Source of the DNA: Proteiniphilum sp.
GTDB lineage: Bacteria > Bacteroidota > Bacteroidia > Bacteroidales > Dysgonomonadaceae
Assembly (NCBI GenBank): GCA_028705255.1
Contig: JAQWDW010000006.1
Span: 5,562-69,561 of the forward strand
DNA: 64,000 bases
Direction: 5' to 3'
Every line of letters starts with the position of its first letter. Position 1 is the first letter of the stretch. This document shows positions 41,565 to 52,071 of the stretch, one piece after another. The notes under the pieces were generated by a model. It saw nothing but the letters and a program-made list of their open reading frames with translations, did not search any database and was not told where the DNA came from. Position numbers and translations under genes: made by a program.

Positions 41565-42254
41565 ATGAAAAAAATAGTATTCTTCACATTGATTCTTTTT
41601 GGCATGACAGCCTTGAAAGCACAGGAAATATTTTTCCCGACAGAGGAAGGGAAAGTACTTGTTTACAAGAGATACGACAAGAAGGGGAAAGTAGCCGAGA
41701 CGATGAAATATACCATTAAAAATATCCTGGTGGAGGGTGACAACATGGAAATCACCTATTTGATCGAATCGATGGACTCGAAAAAAGAAGTGGGACTCAG
41801 CGAAGAAATTACCCTCATAAAGAAAGGGAATGTGATGTATTTCGATATGGGTAACTTCATCAACAAAGCAGTTTTTCAGGAAGGAGGAAAAGAATCTTCC
41901 GATTCACAAATCGAGATCAAAGGGAACAGCATGGAAATACCAGTCGACCCGAAACCGGGAACTTCACTTCCCGATGCAAACGTGGAGATGGCCATGAAAA
42001 TGGGATTTATCAATCTGAAGTTATCCACAAATATAATCAATCGTCGTGTGGAGGCGATAGAGGATATTGCTGTTCCAGCAGGAAGTTTTCAATGTTTTAA
42101 ACTTACCGGCGATATAATTGCTACGGTAATGGGAAAGAAAGCGAATTCTTCCACTGCAGAATGGTATGCAAAGGGTGTGGGTGTGGTAAAATCAGAAACC
42201 TACGATAAAAACGGAAAACTAGACAGTTATATCCAACTTGAAGAAGTCAAATAA
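41565..42254 (+). CDS. Exported hypothetical beta-rich protein
   Basis: Signal peptide ending ALKA; C-terminal E.I.VPAG.F.C...WYAKGVG.VK.E pattern seen in uncharacterised exported proteins. Confidence 0.7.
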   Translation: MKKIVFFTLILFGMTALKAQEIFFPTEEGKVLVYKRYDKKGKVAETMKYTIKNILVEGDNMEITYLIESMDSKKEVGLSEEITLIKKGNVMYFDMGNFINKAVFQEGGKESSDSQIEIKGNSMEIPVDPKPGTSLPDANVEMAMKMGFINLKLSTNIINRRVEAIEDIAVPAGSFQCFKLTGDIIATVMGKKANSSTAEWYAKGVGVVKSETYDKNGKLDSYIQLEEVK

Positions 42255-42256
42255 AA

Positions 42257-42285
42257 AATAACCAGCCCTCAAAGGGCTGGTTATT
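42257..42285. terminator. Bidirectional intrinsic terminator
   Basis: Perfect 13-bp arms AATAACCAGCCCT/AGGGCTGGTTATT between the converging CDS and tRNA. Confidence 0.85.
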
Positions 42286-42291
42286 AATAAG

Positions 42292-42362
42292 TTGTCCCAC
42301 AAGGATTCGAACCTTAACTGGCTGAACCAAAATCAGATGTGCTACCATTACACCATGGGACA
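42292..42362 (-). tRNA. tRNA-Gln(TTG)
   Basis: TGTCCCA/TGGGACA acceptor stem, GTGT/GCAC D-stem, anticodon loop TT-TTG-GT, T-loop TTCGAAT. CCA is not encoded. Confidence 0.95.
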
Positions 42363-42389
42363 ATCCTATCTGCTTCGTGAAAAGCAGTG

Positions 42390-42421
42390 CAAAAGTAGTA
42401 CAATAATTTTAACGTTGCAAA
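42390..42421 (-). promoter_or_regulatory. Promoter of tRNA-Gln
   Basis: TTTG (42421-42418), 20 nt spacer, TACTTTTG (42397-42390). Confidence 0.75.
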
Positions 42422-42464
42422 TTTTTCTCCCGCAAAAAAGAGGGAAAAGGTTCCTTATAGACCA

Positions 42465-43775
42465 TTATTCAGCGATCAACAGGAAATAATTCTTCTTTCC
42501 GCGTTGAGCCAGGATATACTTATTGCCGATCAAGTGCGAAGGAGTGATGAGTTCGTCGAATGTATCTAGTTTCTCTTTGTTGATCATCACACCACCGGCC
42601 TGCACGGTTTTGCGCATTTCTCCCTTGGAGGGAAAGACTTCCGCCTCGTCGGTTAGCAAATCCACCGCCTTGATTCCCGTGGCAAGCTTCTCCTTTGAGA
42701 TGCCAAATTGCGGAACCCCTTCAAAAACCTGTAAGAATGTCTCTTCGTCGATGGCTCTGAGTGTTTGTGAGGTAGATTTTCCAAAAAGAATTTCAGAAGC
42801 ATCCACTGCCGTGTTGTAATCTTCGCGTGAGTGAACCATCACGGTAATTTCTTCAGCCAGTTTCTTTTGTAGGGGACGCAGGTGAGGAGTAGCCCGCTGT
42901 TCCGCCACCAGTGCTTCAATTTCGTCCTGCGACAGAGAAGTGAAGATCTTGATATACTTTTCGGCATCGTTGTCGCTTACGTTCAGCCAGAACTGGTAAA
43001 ATTTATAGGGAGATGTGTAGCGCCGGTCGAGCCAGACGTTACCGCTCTCAGTTTTTCCAAATTTGCCACCGTCGGCTTTGGTGATCAACGGGCAGACCAG
43101 AGCGAATGCTTCACCTCCCTCCACACGGCGAATCAGTTCTGTGCCGGTGGTAATGTTACCCCATTGGTCGGAACCGCCCAGTTGCAGGCGGCATCCATTT
43201 TCCCGGTAAAGATGCAGAAAGTCGTATCCCTGCAGTAGCTGGTAAGAGAACTCGGTGAACGACATTCCTTCGCTTGATTCGCCGCTGAGTCGTTTCTTCA
43301 CGGAATCTTTTGCCATCATGTAATTGACCGTAATGTGTTTCCCGATATCACGGATGAAGTGCAGGAAGCTGTAATCTTTCATCCAGTCGTAGTTATTCAC
43401 TAGCAAGGCTTTATTGGGAATGTCGCTCTCGAAGTCAAGAAATTTGGCCAGTTGTTTTTGTATGGCCTTCTGATTATGGCGCAATGTCTCCTCATCGAGC
43501 AGGTTTCGCTCGGCCGATTTCATGGAAGGGTCTCCAATCATTCCGGTGGCGCCCCCTACCAGTGCAATGGGCGTATGGCCGGCACGCTGAAAATGCTTGA
43601 GCATCATCACACCCACCAGGTGGCCTATGTGCAGCGAATCGGCAGTGGGATCTATGCCGAGGTATCCTGCGGTTTGTTCTTTCATTAACAGTTCCTCCGT
43701 GCCGGGCATCACATCTTGTATCATCCCGCGCCAACGGAGTTCTTCCACAAAATTCATCATTATATAAGCTCTCAA
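42465..43775 (-). CDS. tyrS: Tyrosine--tRNA ligase
   Basis: [27 protein letters not shown]-terminal S4 domain. Confidence 0.98.
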   Translation of the reverse strand: MRAYIMMNFVEELRWRGMIQDVMPGTEELLMKEQTAGYLGIDPTADSLHIGHLVGVMMLKHFQRAGHTPIALVGGATGMIGDPSMKSAERNLLDEETLRHNQKAIQKQLAKFLDFESDIPNKALLVNNYDWMKDYSFLHFIRDIGKHITVNYMMAKDSVKKRLSGESSEGMSFTEFSYQLLQGYDFLHLYRENGCRLQLGGSDQWGNITTGTELIRRVEGGEAFALVCPLITKADGGKFGKTESGNVWLDRRYTSPYKFYQFWLNVSDNDAEKYIKIFTSLSQDEIEALVAEQRATPHLRPLQKKLAEEITVMVHSREDYNTAVDASEILFGKSTSQTLRAIDEETFLQVFEGVPQFGISKEKLATGIKAVDLLTDEAEVFPSKGEMRKTVQAGGVMINKEKLDTFDELITPSHLIGNKYILAQRGKKNYFLLIAE

Positions 43776-43867
43776 TCGTAAATAAAAAAGTGTCGCAAAG
43801 ATACGAAAAGTAATCGGAATTCTGTTCGGAGCCGTTTGTCAATCTCACCCCATCTCCATTTGTTCGC

Positions 43868-45319
43868 TTACCGTTTCCGACGGAACACCAACATCATCAA
43901 CAAGGCAAATACATTCATTATCTCGAGGCGTCCCAGCAGCATGTTGGCCGAGAGGATGTATTTGGCGGCATCGGGCAAATGACCAAAATTTCCAAATGAA
44001 CCGACCGTTTCAAAGCCCGGACCCACGTTTCCAAGGGTCGCGACAGAAGCAGAAAAAGCAGTCATTCCGTCTATATTCATTGTCGTAAGAAGCAATGCTG
44101 TCAGAGATAGCGTAAGTACATACACCACTATGAAAACCATGACCTGCAGTTCCAACTTTTGGTTGATCACCTGTTTATCCATTCTAGCAACATATACTCC
44201 TTCGGGATGTAAAATCTGCTTCAATTGTTTCTGTGCGGATGCGAAAAAAAGATAGATGCGGTCGAATTTGATACCCCCGGCAGTTGAACCAACCATTCCG
44301 CATTGAATAGAGAAATAGAGAAGCAGGAAGATGGAAAAAAAAGGCCAGTTTGCGGTATCTACAGTTGCATACCCAGTGGTGCTTGCCAGCGAGACAACCT
44401 GAAAAGCTGCCAGCCTGAAAGCTTCCCAGAAACTGTAAAAATTTTCTTTTGTCAGCTGTAGAGCGATCAGCACGATGCCGATGAACAGTACGAGCACATA
44501 CATACGGGTCGGATGAGACCGGAACAGGTTGTACTTTTTTCTCGTCATGGTTCCGTAAATGAGTCCGAAGTGCATGCTGCTGATGAGCATGAAGAAAATG
44601 GTGATCGATTCAATCCATACACTGTCATAAGCCGCAATACTTGCATTCCGGGTTGAGAATCCTGAGGTAGCCACGGTGGTGAAGGAATGACAGATGGCAT
44701 CAAAGAAAGACATGCCCGCCACTTTCAGCAAAATTATTTGTGAAACAATCAGGATGAAATAGACCATGACGATGATGCGGGTGATATGCCGTGACCGCAT
44801 GGTGAAGCTCATCTTCGATAAGTCAGAGACTTCTGCCCGGTAAAAGCTGGACAGGGAGCTCCCTTTTTCGGGTAGAATCAGCAGTACAAACAGGATGATT
44901 CCCACTCCTCCGATGAAGGAGGTAGAGGAACGCCAGAAAAGTAATCCCATAGGAAGTGCTTCCACATTGGTCAATATGCTGGCGCCGGTGGTCGTATATC
45001 CTGAAACACTCTCGAAGATGGCATTGGCCAAGTCAAATTCACCTCCCCACATGAGGTAGGGTATCATGCCGGCTAAACAGGTTATCACCCACCCGAATAC
45101 GCTGATGGCCAAACCTTCATGAAACCTGATTTCACCTGTTCTGCCGATCAGTAACTGGGGCAATGTACCCATGGCTGCACAGATAGCAAAACTTATGATC
45201 AGAGCTTGAAATGATGATTCCTGGTTAAAAAAAGAGATAGCTGCTGCAATAAGCAAAAACAGCGAATTAAAAAGTAGAATGTGCCCTGAATATTTAACGA
45301 CGACCTTGAATCGGATCAT
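43868..45319 (-). CDS. trkH: TrkH family K+ uptake membrane protein
   Basis: FESVSGYTTTG, ATSGFS, STTGY, LGNVGPG, GRLEI pore-loop motifs. Confidence 0.93.
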   Translation of the reverse strand: MIRFKVVVKYSGHILLFNSLFLLIAAAISFFNQESSFQALIISFAICAAMGTLPQLLIGRTGEIRFHEGLAISVFGWVITCLAGMIPYLMWGGEFDLANAIFESVSGYTTTGASILTNVEALPMGLLFWRSSTSFIGGVGIILFVLLILPEKGSSLSSFYRAEVSDLSKMSFTMRSRHITRIIVMVYFILIVSQIILLKVAGMSFFDAICHSFTTVATSGFSTRNASIAAYDSVWIESITIFFMLISSMHFGLIYGTMTRKKYNLFRSHPTRMYVLVLFIGIVLIALQLTKENFYSFWEAFRLAAFQVVSLASTTGYATVDTANWPFFSIFLLLYFSIQCGMVGSTAGGIKFDRIYLFFASAQKQLKQILHPEGVYVARMDKQVINQKLELQVMVFIVVYVLTLSLTALLLTTMNIDGMTAFSASVATLGNVGPGFETVGSFGNFGHLPDAAKYILSANMLLGRLEIMNVFALLMMLVFRRKR

Positions 45320-45496
45320 ATTTTTTATTCTTGTGCATCGTAATCAGCCGATTCTCAAAAAGGACTGATGCGGTGTACTTTTATCCGGCAAAATTACATT
45401 TTTTTTCTGATTGATTTACATCCTTTTTGTTTTACCCCAAAATATTTTTGCCATGCTCCATCCCGTTGTCTAAGGAAAAAATCGCAATAGAAAATA

Positions 45497-45536
45497 AAAG
45501 TGGCTGCCTCTTTTCTGAAGATGAGGCAGCCACTTT
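45497..45536. terminator. Intrinsic terminator of the TPR lipoprotein gene
   Basis: Perfect 14-bp arms AAAGTGGCTGCCTC/GAGGCAGCCACTTT. Confidence 0.8.
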
Positions 45537-45573
45537 AAAATTTATTGTTGTGGTTTTTTTATGATCGCGGTCC

Positions 45574-47274
45574 TTATTTTACGATCGACATGAACTCCTG
45601 GTTGGTGCGGTATTTTGCAAATTCCAGGTCGTTGGCGGCTTTTACAGCAAAGCTGCGATCGCGGCCAATGGCTGTACGCAAGTTACCTGCAACATCGTTG
45701 AAGTTGTTTGTGCGTGAGGCAATGATAGCCAGCAGATAGGCGGTGGTAGCATCGGGGTTCTCCACTGCTTCCAGCGTTTGTTTTGCTTTGTTGTAATCCC
45801 GTACGAGCAACTGTGCCAGACCGGCATTGTTTGTCTGGTTGTTGCCGTAGGAACCTACAGCCTGATTGTAGTTACCCTGCAACAGACTGAGTACACCCAT
45901 GGCTTGGTCGAGGCTGGCAGCACCTGCAGAGCGGCCTAGCAGTTCATTGGCTTTTTGCAGATCATTGTCCATGATAGCGAGCAACGCTTTGTTCATGTTG
46001 GCTTCAGGAGCTGAAGGATTGACCTGTGCAGCGCGTTCGAAAGACTGTTTTGCTTTTGCGAAGTCGCCTTGTTTATAGAACATGGTTCCAATGTTGTTCC
46101 AGCCTCTGTAATCGTTAGAGAAGTTAGCTGTAACGAACTGGTAAATGCGTTCTTTCACTTTGTCATCGGTTGTGAGGGTTGAGGCATAGAGCAGCTCTTC
46201 CACGGACAGTTCTTTCGGATTGCTGTTCCATGCAGCCATGATTTCTTCATCCGACTTGCCGACGATCTCAATGTTGGCAATGATGCGAGAGCGACGCAGT
46301 TGGGGAAGAATTGTTTCGGCCAGGTCTTCGAACACGTAAGAGATGTTCTTGATCTCCTTTTCACGGGTTTCAGAGTCGGGATACATTTCCAGCACACGGA
46401 GAATCAAGTCTTTATCCTGCAGGTTCGATGCAGAAACAAGCTGACGGAAGCCGTCCCAGTCTTCGGCCGTATAACGGGCGTAGATCTCTGTGTCGATTTT
46501 TTTGCTCTTCAGCTCTTTTGTCAGGTAGGACGATGTATTTTTTTCACGTTGTGCAGCCAGTTTTTCGTTGAGCGAAAGTCCACCGTCGGGAGAAGCATAC
46601 GCCGATACTTCCAGATTCAAGTTTTGTTTTGGGTCGTTGAATGCTTGTTCTACACGGGTTTTCCAGTCACTCAAATCCTTTTTGTCTAGTTCGCTCTGGC
46701 GCAGTTTGGCCTGTTCGATTACGAACATGATGCTGGCCTCCTGGGCTTCCTTGATGATGCGCTGAAATCCGTCGGGGGCTACTGAGGGAGTGCTTGTTTT
46801 CACGTCGGCCAGTGCTGAAGTGGCAATTACGCCGTCAGCCACTTTGAGGTCGGGCAGCTTCGATTGTTTATTTTTTATTCTCCCGTCGAAACGAAGGTAG
46901 AGTTCCGATGAAAGCATCTCGGGCTTGTAGGGGAAAGTAGTGGTAATGGTGAAATTGCCTCCTTTGCTGTTGGAGATGGTCACCCTGTTTCCGGAGATTT
47001 TTTCACCCTGGTAGCTGAATGGCGTTCCGGCCAATTCGCTGTCACCATACTTCAATACGGGAGTAATGGTCAATGTTGCACTTTTGTGGAACCACTTTTC
47101 AGGGAAGGTCCCATTGATTGTAACCGGAATTTGATTACCCACCGTTTCAAGTGGTGAGGGGGTTACATTAAAATTGCTTTGTGAAAGCGGTTTGAGTTTA
47201 CTGCTGCAGGAGGTGGCGAATAATACTACCATCACAGCAAGCAAAAGCGACAAAAGATTTGATTTCCTGTTCAT
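45574..47274 (-). CDS. Lipoprotein with an OmpA-like domain and C-terminal TPR repeats
   Basis: Lipobox ATSC, YASPDG...N.KLA..R (OmpA-like), followed by TPR helices. Confidence 0.75.
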   Translation of the reverse strand: MNRKSNLLSLLLAVMVVLFATSCSSKLKPLSQSNFNVTPSPLETVGNQIPVTINGTFPEKWFHKSATLTITPVLKYGDSELAGTPFSYQGEKISGNRVTISNSKGGNFTITTTFPYKPEMLSSELYLRFDGRIKNKQSKLPDLKVADGVIATSALADVKTSTPSVAPDGFQRIIKEAQEASIMFVIEQAKLRQSELDKKDLSDWKTRVEQAFNDPKQNLNLEVSAYASPDGGLSLNEKLAAQREKNTSSYLTKELKSKKIDTEIYARYTAEDWDGFRQLVSASNLQDKDLILRVLEMYPDSETREKEIKNISYVFEDLAETILPQLRRSRIIANIEIVGKSDEEIMAAWNSNPKELSVEELLYASTLTTDDKVKERIYQFVTANFSNDYRGWNNIGTMFYKQGDFAKAKQSFERAAQVNPSAPEANMNKALLAIMDNDLQKANELLGRSAGAASLDQAMGVLSLLQGNYNQAVGSYGNNQTNNAGLAQLLVRDYNKAKQTLEAVENPDATTAYLLAIIASRTNNFNDVAGNLRTAIGRDRSFAVKAANDLEFAKYRTNQEFMSIVK

Positions 47275-47444
47275 TTGGTTTTAAGTTTATATTAATTAAA
47301 TCAATCAAATTTCCGATGTTTTATAGCAGACAAATATACCCGATTTTTTACAATTAACAAAGTCTTATTTTCAATATTTACGTTAAAATCTGCTATAATT
47401 GTGGCTTATTGTCAGCAAAACGATAGTTGCCTGCGGGAATATTT

Positions 47445-48566
47445 TCATTTTCCAAATCCCAATCTTTGCAGCTCAAGTAAAACAGCCGGAGCCGCTTGAT
47501 CTACCCTGTAGGCCGGATATTCCCGTCGCAGGGGATAGTTGGAGCGAAACCAGTAAAATTTTTCCGGTGCAGCCTTGAGAGCCTCAGTCTCCTTCACTGG
47601 GTCATAGCTATGCCATACTGCGTGAGCCAGCTGTTCCCCGGGAGAGATGTGCTGCAAGTCAATCACAGGCTGTTCGGGGTGGGGCATCTCATTGTATAAC
47701 GGATTGATGTCCAATTCAAAAAAGTCCCGCAAATTCTCGAGGCTCATTTTCGTGGCAGTCCATTTTCCGTCGGCACTGTATCCGGCAATGTGGGGTGTGG
47801 CGATATCGGCCAGCTCAAGAAGGTCGCGGTCTATCTCAGGTTCATTCTCCCAACAATCGATTACCACCCCTGAGATGGTTTTCTCACTGAGTGCCTTTTT
47901 CAGGGCCTGGTTGTCGGTAATAGCACCACGGGCGGCATTGATGATAAATGGCTTTCGAGCGAGGCGCTGTAGAAATGCATCATCTGCTAGGTGAAAGGTT
48001 GCGTAAGGACCTTTTTTTGTCAGGGGAGTGTGAAAGGTGATGATGTCGGCCTCTTGTGTAATTACCTCCATGTCGACAAACAGTCCTGCTGCATTTCCCT
48101 CTTTTTCTGCCCGGGGCGGGTCGTTGAGCAGCACCCTCATTCCCAGCTTGCGGCATGCTGCCTCCACCTTGCTTCCCACATTTCCAACACCCACAATGCC
48201 AATGGTTTTCTCTTTCAATGTGAACTGATACTTTCGTGCCAGCCACAGGAGTGAGGCAGTGACATACTGTTCCACCGAGTTGGCATTGCAGCCGGGTGCG
48301 GTACGCCAGGCAATGTTGTGTTCGTCGCAATAAGCCGTGTCGATGTGGTCGTAACCGATGGTAGCCGAGCAGATCAGTTTCACTGCGGTGTTTTCGAGGA
48401 TCTCTTTCCCAAAATGCGTTACCGTGCGTACAATCAACGCATCTTTGTCCTTGATAGCTTCCTGGGTGAACTGATTCCCCGGCAGGTATTCCACTTCGCC
48501 CAATTGTTCTGCTACCCCCTTCAGGAAGGGTATATGCGCATCGGCCAGTATTCTCAGCTTCATCAT
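47445..48566 (-). CDS. pdxB: Erythronate-4-phosphate dehydrogenase
   Basis: LIVRTVT, SATIG.DHID, PGCNA.SV, GVGNVG, TFHTPL, INAARG, DCWENEP, TPHIAGYS.DGK. Confidence 0.93.
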   Translation of the reverse strand: MMKLRILADAHIPFLKGVAEQLGEVEYLPGNQFTQEAIKDKDALIVRTVTHFGKEILENTAVKLICSATIGYDHIDTAYCDEHNIAWRTAPGCNANSVEQYVTASLLWLARKYQFTLKEKTIGIVGVGNVGSKVEAACRKLGMRVLLNDPPRAEKEGNAAGLFVDMEVITQEADIITFHTPLTKKGPYATFHLADDAFLQRLARKPFIINAARGAITDNQALKKALSEKTISGVVIDCWENEPEIDRDLLELADIATPHIAGYSADGKWTATKMSLENLRDFFELDINPLYNEMPHPEQPVIDLQHISPGEQLAHAVWHSYDPVKETEALKAAPEKFYWFRSNYPLRREYPAYRVDQAAPAVLLELQRLGFGK

Positions 48567-50029
48567 GAATGAATTAAATGGGTATGCATTGCTTTGGCTG
48601 CTTTTCTGCCGTCGCCCATGGCCAGGATGACCGTGGCTCCACCGCGTACGATGTCACCTCCGGCATAAATCGTCTCGTCGGCGGTTTGCATGGTGTCGCT
48701 GTCCACCACAATTGTTCCCCAGGAGGTTACTTCCAATCCGCTGAATGATTGTGGTATCAGTGGGTTGGGGGAGACCCCCACGCTCACGATAACCTCGTCG
48801 ACTTCGAGCCAGATTGTGTCACCCTCAATGGCGACCGGGCGGCGGCGTCCCGACTGATCGGGTTCACCCAGCTGCATTCGTTGCAGCTGCATCCGCTGTA
48901 CGTGCCCTCGCTCATCCCCTTCATATCGGAGTGGGTTGTGCAGTGTGTAGAAATCAATTCCTTCCTCCTTGGCATGCTTCACTTCCTCCACGCGGGCCGG
49001 CATCTCTTCTTCGGAGCGGCGGTAGATGATCATTGCCTTTTCCGCGCCCAGTCTTCGAGCAGTGCGCACCGCATCCATGGCGGTGTTGCCGCCGCCAATC
49101 ACGGCCACTTTCTTTCCCTTGTATACCGGAGTATCACTCTCCGGATCGGCTGCCTGCATGAGGTTCACCCGGGTGAGATATTCGTTGCACGACATGATGC
49201 CGATCAGGTTCTCCCCTGGTATGTTCATGAAGTTGGGCAGGCCGGCGCCACTGCCTACAAAAATGCCGCTAAAGCCGGCTTCCCTGAGATATTCCTGTGA
49301 AATGGTTTTTCCCACGATGCAATTCGTTTCGAACTTCACGCCCATTTTCCGGAGTCCGTCGATCTCTACGTCCACGATCTCATTGGGCAGGCGGAATTCG
49401 GGGATGCCGTATCGCAAGACCCCTCCCAGCTCGTGAAGTGCTTCAAACACGGTGACGTCGTAACCCCGTTTCACCATGTCGCCGGCAAAAGCCAGGCCAG
49501 CAGGGCCCGAGCCCACAACTGCTATTTTAATGCCATTGGCGGGGTCGATCTCCGGAACAGACATCTTGCCGCTTTTCCGTTCATAATCGGCCGCAAAGCG
49601 CTCCATATAGCCAATGGCCACGGGTTCTTTCTTTAACTTCAGTGTATAAAAACATTGGCTCTCACATTGCCGTTCCTGGGGACATACACGTCCGCATACT
49701 GCCGGAAGGGCGCTTGTTTCTTTCAGCGTGCGGGCTGCCTCCAGGTAGTCGCCCCGTTCTATGTTTTTGATGAACTTGGGGATGTTGATCTCTACCGGAC
49801 ATCCGGTGATGCAGGTAGGATCCACGCAATCGAGGCAGCGGTGTGATTCCTCCCGGGCCATTGCTTCGGTCAGGCCAAGGTTTACTTCGTCGTAAGTGTG
49901 GCTGCGTATTTCGGGATCCACCTCGGGCATTTTGACTCGGGGTATGGCGGTCCGATCTTTACTCTTCATCGATTTGCGCAGGGTCTCACGCCACTCCTGT
50001 GCTCTTTCCGCCTGTAAATATTCGCTCAT
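48563..50029 (-). CDS. nfnB: NfnB/SudA-like flavo-Fe-S subunit (GltD homologue)
   Basis: RCLDC..P.C..GCPV, CGRVCPQE.QCE, GSGPAGL, GGGNTAMD, GGDIVRGGATV. The adjacent nfnA and the absence of gltB argue against glutamate synthase. Confidence 0.85.
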   Translation of the reverse strand: MSEYLQAERAQEWRETLRKSMKSKDRTAIPRVKMPEVDPEIRSHTYDEVNLGLTEAMAREESHRCLDCVDPTCITGCPVEINIPKFIKNIERGDYLEAARTLKETSALPAVCGRVCPQERQCESQCFYTLKLKKEPVAIGYMERFAADYERKSGKMSVPEIDPANGIKIAVVGSGPAGLAFAGDMVKRGYDVTVFEALHELGGVLRYGIPEFRLPNEIVDVEIDGLRKMGVKFETNCIVGKTISQEYLREAGFSGIFVGSGAGLPNFMNIPGENLIGIMSCNEYLTRVNLMQAADPESDTPVYKGKKVAVIGGGNTAMDAVRTARRLGAEKAMIIYRRSEEEMPARVEEVKHAKEEGIDFYTLHNPLRYEGDERGHVQRMQLQRMQLGEPDQSGRRRPVAIEGDTIWLEVDEVIVSVGVSPNPLIPQSFSGLEVTSWGTIVVDSDTMQTADETIYAGGDIVRGGATVILAMGDGRKAAKAMHTHLIHS

Positions 50030-50082
50030 ATTATTGATGTTTCTTTCTTGTAGATAACCTGAAACAAATGTCCCTTTTTTAT

Positions 50083-50865
50083 TTAATTATAAGCCTTTAG
50101 TCGCATCAGCATCTCATCGAAGTCAACCTGATGGGCATCGAACTCGGGGCCGTCGATGCAGACAAATTTTGTTTTTCCTCCCACGGTCACGCGACAGGCG
50201 CCACACATTCCGGTGCCGTCCACCATGATGGTATTGAGTGAGGCGAGGGTAGGGACCTCATATTTCTTAGTCAACTGTGCCACAAATTTCATCATGATGG
50301 CTGGGCCAATGGTGACACACAAGTCTACTTTCTCCCGTTGTATCACTTTTTCCACCCCTTGGGTGATGAGTCCCTTTTCTCCATATGAACCATCATCGGT
50401 CATGACGATCACCTCATCGGAGTATTGAGCTACCTGTTCTTCGAGTATGACAAGTTCCTTTGTGCGGGCGGCCAGGACGGAGATCACTCTGTTGCCGGCT
50501 TTTTTCATCGCTTCAATAATGGGCAACATGGGTGCCACACCCACGCCTCCTCCTGCACAAACCACTGTGCCAAAGTTTTCGATGTGGGTAGCCTTACCGA
50601 GTGGTCCAACCAGGTCAGTAATGTAGTCGCCTACCTCAAGGCTGCACACCTTTTCCGATGATTTGCCCACGCGTTGAATGACCAGGGTGATTGTGCCTTT
50701 CTGGGGATCGGCAGCCGCAATGGTATAGGGCACCCTTTCACCTTTTTTTCCCACACGTACGATTACAAAATGGCCGGCTTTGCGGCTTTTGGCTATCAGT
50801 GGTGCCTCCACTTCAAGGCGTACCACTTTCTCTGAAAAATTTTCCTTTGCAATAATCTTGTTCAT
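50083..50865 (-). CDS. nfnA: NfnA/SudB-like FAD/2Fe-2S subunit
   Basis: GERVPYTI, GPLG, GGGVG.AP, MVDGTGMCGACRV...CIDGPEF. Confidence 0.88.
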   Translation of the reverse strand: MNKIIAKENFSEKVVRLEVEAPLIAKSRKAGHFVIVRVGKKGERVPYTIAAADPQKGTITLVIQRVGKSSEKVCSLEVGDYITDLVGPLGKATHIENFGTVVCAGGGVGVAPMLPIIEAMKKAGNRVISVLAARTKELVILEEQVAQYSDEVIVMTDDGSYGEKGLITQGVEKVIQREKVDLCVTIGPAIMMKFVAQLTKKYEVPTLASLNTIMVDGTGMCGACRVTVGGKTKFVCIDGPEFDAHQVDFDEMLMRLKAYN

Positions 50866-51048
50866 ACCGATTGGTTACTATGCTACAAAATTACGCTTTT
50901 TTTTCAATGAAAGTGACAGTTTGCTTTTCTTTTAGCTTCATTTATATCTAAATTTATTTGTCGCCGGAGGGTTTACCATAAAGGGTTGATGAGGCAACTT
51001 TCTTTGAAAGGAGAGAGGGAGGGATGAAAAAAAAGCGAATAAAGACCG

Positions 51049-51825
51049 TTAATCTTCAAACCAAAATGCTTTTTCTACATCACTAATATATTTATTTATA
51101 TTTTTCTCTCCTTTCTTTGTTACTAAAAATGAAACGGAGAAGTCTTGGCCCCATTTTATCATTTTCAATTGAAGTTTATGCGAATACTTATCCATATATA
51201 CAGATTTTTTGTCTTTAACAGGAAATGTGATCACATGTTGTGCTTGAAAAGTTTTTTTAGCTCGCTCGGGTGACCAAAAGGTTAATTTCTTTTTAATCTT
51301 TTTTATTTGCTCCTCTGTCAATTTACCTTGAATTGGTTCTATATCTAACACATATCTTAAACTAGCATATAGTGATTTTGGAAATTCAGTTATTGATTTA
51401 TCCACATTCGCATTTATTATAGGACAGGTAATAAATAAAATGCAATCCCCATCTTCATGTATCCACTGGGAAAGTATTATGCCATAATGCGTTGATTTTA
51501 TCAGTTCCTCTGGATTTATTGGAGGAGATTTAAGGATAAAACTTTCAGAAATTATATATTGAGCAGGAGTCTTGAAATTTAAGCCTATATGCTTTGTTAC
51601 ACGTTCTAACTCTCCTCTCAATAAAACAGAGGGTGTGTTTGAGGAGAAATCTTTGTTATGTAACTTTTCACTGGTTATATCTGAGACACCCTTTGCTCCA
51701 ATATAGACCCTGCTATTGTATTTAAGGTATAATCCGTCTGCCGTAATTGTGTCCTCTTGTCCATAAGCAGGAACCAAAAATGCAATAATACATATTGTCG
51801 AAAAGATTTTTCCTATAATATTCAT
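51049..51825 (-). CDS. Exported hypothetical protein, low GC
   Basis: 258-aa ORF with a signal peptide (…LVPAYG/Q). Sampled 60-nt lines are about 28-35% GC, against about 50% in neighbouring housekeeping genes. Confidence 0.75.
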   Translation of the reverse strand: MNIIGKIFSTICIIAFLVPAYGQEDTITADGLYLKYNSRVYIGAKGVSDITSEKLHNKDFSSNTPSVLLRGELERVTKHIGLNFKTPAQYIISESFILKSPPINPEELIKSTHYGIILSQWIHEDGDCILFITCPIINANVDKSITEFPKSLYASLRYVLDIEPIQGKLTEEQIKKIKKKLTFWSPERAKKTFQAQHVITFPVKDKKSVYMDKYSHKLQLKMIKWGQDFSVSFLVTKKGEKNINKYISDVEKAFWFED

Positions 51826-52071
51826 ATAAAAAATATTAATAATCCAAATGCGATTCAGTACCTTTTTGTCAACTTGTCAGCACAATGACCGTTTCGCTTA
51901 TAAACTAAGCTAATTAAAACGTTTTATTTTAGTTGTTCAAAGATAAACCTTATACCTCGCAAATTATAATAAAGTAAGCATTAAGTGATTTTTTTTTCAT
52001 TTGGATTTCTGCTACCTATGGGAAAAATAGTTTAAAGTTTTGTTGGTACGAATAAACGTTATGAATTGAAT

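Noticed and set aside
45320-45400. c-di-AMP (ydaO) riboswitch ahead of trkH
   Set aside because: The leader is only about 65 nt after the -7 box and lacks the conserved ydaO motifs; only a weak hairpin is present.
48563-50029. Glutamate synthase small subunit (gltD/gltA)
   Set aside because: No large subunit nearby, and it is paired with an NfnA-type gene, so it is more likely the transhydrogenase NfnB.
50030-50082. Stop-codon readthrough fusing nfnA to nfnB
   Set aside because: The 53-nt gap puts nfnB in a different frame, and reading on in the nfnA frame hits TGA.
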